64,000 bases of DNA from Iphione sp. A-MEVVRFRX5 (taxonomy: Eukaryota), in assembly GCA_976226885.1 (NCBI GenBank), contig OZ320313.1, forward strand, positions 43,710,001 to 43,774,000, read 5' to 3'. Under the pieces are notes generated by a model. That model ran no database searches and was not told the origin of the DNA. It saw nothing but the letters and a program-made list of their open reading frames with translations. The stretch's first letter is position 1. Every line of letters begins with the position of its first letter. Below, in pieces: positions 62,964-64,000 of this stretch. Both the position numbers and the translations under genes were made by a program.

Positions 62964-64000
62964 TTACAACAGGGTGCATCAGTATTTCGCATTGATGTTG
63001 AAAGTCTATGACACATGAACTTATCGAGTTATATATTTGTATGACAATAGTTAATTTGAGGATGTGTTAGAACTAATATTTATCGTATATGAAGCTTTTA
63101 ACGACTTGAATTTTTATCTTAAATTCCTGTGGAAACAAAGAGTTAAAAAACTTGAAAAGATGTTTTAGTCGACACCCTCTTTAAGTCCAACATGCAGAGG
63201 AGACCAACCCACAGAAAAGACCAAAATCTTCCGGTCCCAAAGGTAGTTTCCTCCGTAAGATTTAACTGTAGTTCCTGCTGAGAAAAAAAAATATTTTTTT
63301 TACTGGGGCAGATGTGTCCATTCAATTCTTTTAAAAAGAATAAGTAAACCCCTTGAAAGATGAAGTGAATGTATATTAGACAGCTTGAATTCGGAATTTA
63401 TACACTGCATGGTTGTAGTGATATGCATGTATTTAAAAATGGGCAGCTGCAAGTTAAGGTAGATTCACCTTTGAACATTATGAATACTCATTTATTGCAT
63501 GCCCCAGCCCATCAAACTGAAGTGTTACCACATTTTGTGAGTATAAACATAACTCCACGCATTTTGCACACTTTCACACATTTCGTGAGTTGTTTTCTCT
63601 GTTGGGTAGTTCTTCATGAGTTAGTTGTTCTGCTAAGGAGTTTTCTTTATGAGTGACTTGTCCTGCTGTGCGGTTTTCCACTGTCTGTGGCCCTCTTTCA
63701 TATACTGTAATTCTTTAATCAAACACAGACGTAAAAACACGGATACATGGATATAGAGGTGTCTGTGTTTCCCTTAATCACTATATATATAGCCATATGG
63801 AGTTGGTCAGGAATAAGCATGCGTGAGTACATGGAAATCCCACCTTAATTTCATTGAAATCTTATAATATTAACTGGCAGTGATCACATACATATGCTGC
63901 AAAGAGACGTTTCAATACATGCACTTTTGCACCCACACCAAGATGCTTGGAGGTGTTGAACTTTGATGGGAGTTTCCTCAGCTGTCGACGGAATGGCTAA

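Noticed and set aside
50000-64000. Exons of a neighbouring protein-coding gene such as ASCC3 (adjacent to SIM1 in vertebrates); ORFs 51597-52046 and 62055-62516
   Set aside because: No recognisable helicase/Sec63 or other protein motifs; ORF 62055-62516 partly overlaps a MITE.

Overview
Eukaryotic (animal) genomic DNA. The repeat families and composition look like amphioxus (Branchiostoma), but that assignment is an inference. The window is dominated by one gene on the minus strand: single-minded (sim, bHLH-PAS transcription factor). I reconstructed nine coding exons with canonical GT-AG boundaries and consistent phases: 49789-49615, 11705-11629, 11441-11352, 11064-10956, 10470-10385, 9210-9011, 5831-5725, 5366-5219 and 1105-<1. 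Together they give 2097 nt (699 codons), and the stop codon lies beyond the left edge of the window. The intron after the bHLH exon is 37.9 kb, against 0.19-4.1 kb for the other introns. It is a mosaic of CpG-rich, homeobox-motif-rich blocks, microsatellites and MITEs. Five related non-autonomous elements with GGCCC(A/G)GTTTCC-type TIRs and 3-bp TSDs (PIF/Harbinger-like) and one long-TIR foldback element are resolvable. The most interesting unannotated-looking signals are all inferences from splice motifs and need RNA data: (i) a well-formed, in-frame 54-nt cassette exon in the giant intron that would insert 18 aa between bHLH and PAS-A; (ii) AG|GTAAAG recursive-splice-like sites in the same intron; (iii) a Tyr-spaced low-complexity C-terminal domain; (iv) a coherent set of plus-strand promoter and splice signals upstream of sim, suggesting a divergent spliced lncRNA or small-ORF transcript. 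I found no prokaryotic-type systems, tRNAs, rRNAs or CRISPR arrays. Most ORFs in the supplied track are chance or microsatellite artefacts.
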